Positions 63,341 to 64,000 of a DNA stretch of 64,000 nt are shown one piece after another. Position numbers and translations under genes: made by a program. The notes under the pieces were generated by a model. The model searched no databases and had not been told where the DNA came from. It was given only the letters and a program-made list of their open reading frames with translations. The stretch covers positions 11,160,001-11,224,000 of the forward strand of contig JAWMAR010000007.1 of the NCBI GenBank assembly GCA_036785375.1, given 5' to 3'. Each line of letters begins with the position of its first letter. Position 1 is the stretch's first letter. This stretch comes from Leucoraja ocellata (taxonomy: Eukaryota).

Positions 63341-64000
63341 GAAGTAGGGTCTCGACCCAAAACGTCACCCATTCCTTCACTCCAGAGATGCATCTATGTC
63401 TATCTTCGTTTTGAACCTTTCCGCACGAGAGGAGATTAGTTTAGCTTGACATCATGTTTAGCACAGCCTTTTCCTGTGCTGCACTGCTGTATGTACCATA
63501 TGTAATCACTGGGAAATCTGTAATCAAACAGCACAGAAACAGGCCCAATGAGCTGTGCTAATTGTCAAATATGAATTTAGACCAATCCTATGTGATTCTT
63601 CCCATTGACCTCTATCACCCTGCCCCATAATTCTATCCTTGACCTACACACCAGGAACAATTTACAGCAGCCAATATACACCCACCAACCCACACACCAG
63701 TGGGACGTGGGAAGAAATTGGAGCACCAAGAGGAAACCAACATGGTCACAGGGAAAACGTGCAAACTTCACATTGCCAGCACTGGAGGTTAGAACCGAAC
63801 CCTGGCAGCAGCTCTATTCCATCATTGTGCCGCCATCAATCAAAGAGGGAAATCAGGAGAAAATGTTTTCCCCAGAGAGCGGCCAGGATGTGAAACTGGT
63901 TCCTAAAGGGAAAACTGAGGGGAACAGCAGAGATGTATTCAAGGTAAAATGCTGGTTCAACACACGGTGGAGAGGATAAAAATAGTGATCAGTCGTGATC

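Overview
Eukaryotic, repeat-dense genomic DNA. The CR1/L2/Rex1/Penelope/DIRS/tRNA-SINE mix suggests a cartilaginous fish, probably a skate or ray (inference). The single recognisable host gene lies on the minus strand (~31842 to <=2703) and encodes a Siglec-15-like Ig-superfamily receptor. Its exons are: signal peptide; a V-set domain retaining the F-strand 'YCRVE' Arg; a second intact V domain with His in place of that Arg; two dead V copies; a fused C2-set+TM exon lacking the Siglec-15 TM lysine; and a long cytoplasmic tail of small phase-1 exons. A young ~1.23-kb tandem array (2316-8150), arranged as an alternating A/B dimer, has amplified a 75-78-nt tyrosine-motif exon four times (TLYSTV, NLYSNL, TLYGTV, TLYSNL), and an L2 insertion splits an ITIM exon (LIYSIV). 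The terminal exon was not found and is probably left of the window. The right half is nested transposons: a Gypsy element reduced to one in-frame gag-integrase ORF with apparently identical LTRs, two DIRS elements (one lacking RT), CR1s, hATs, a Helitron 3' end, and copies of a ~1-kb MITE that makes 7-bp TSDs. Gene models were read by eye from splice signals and reading frames, with no expression evidence.
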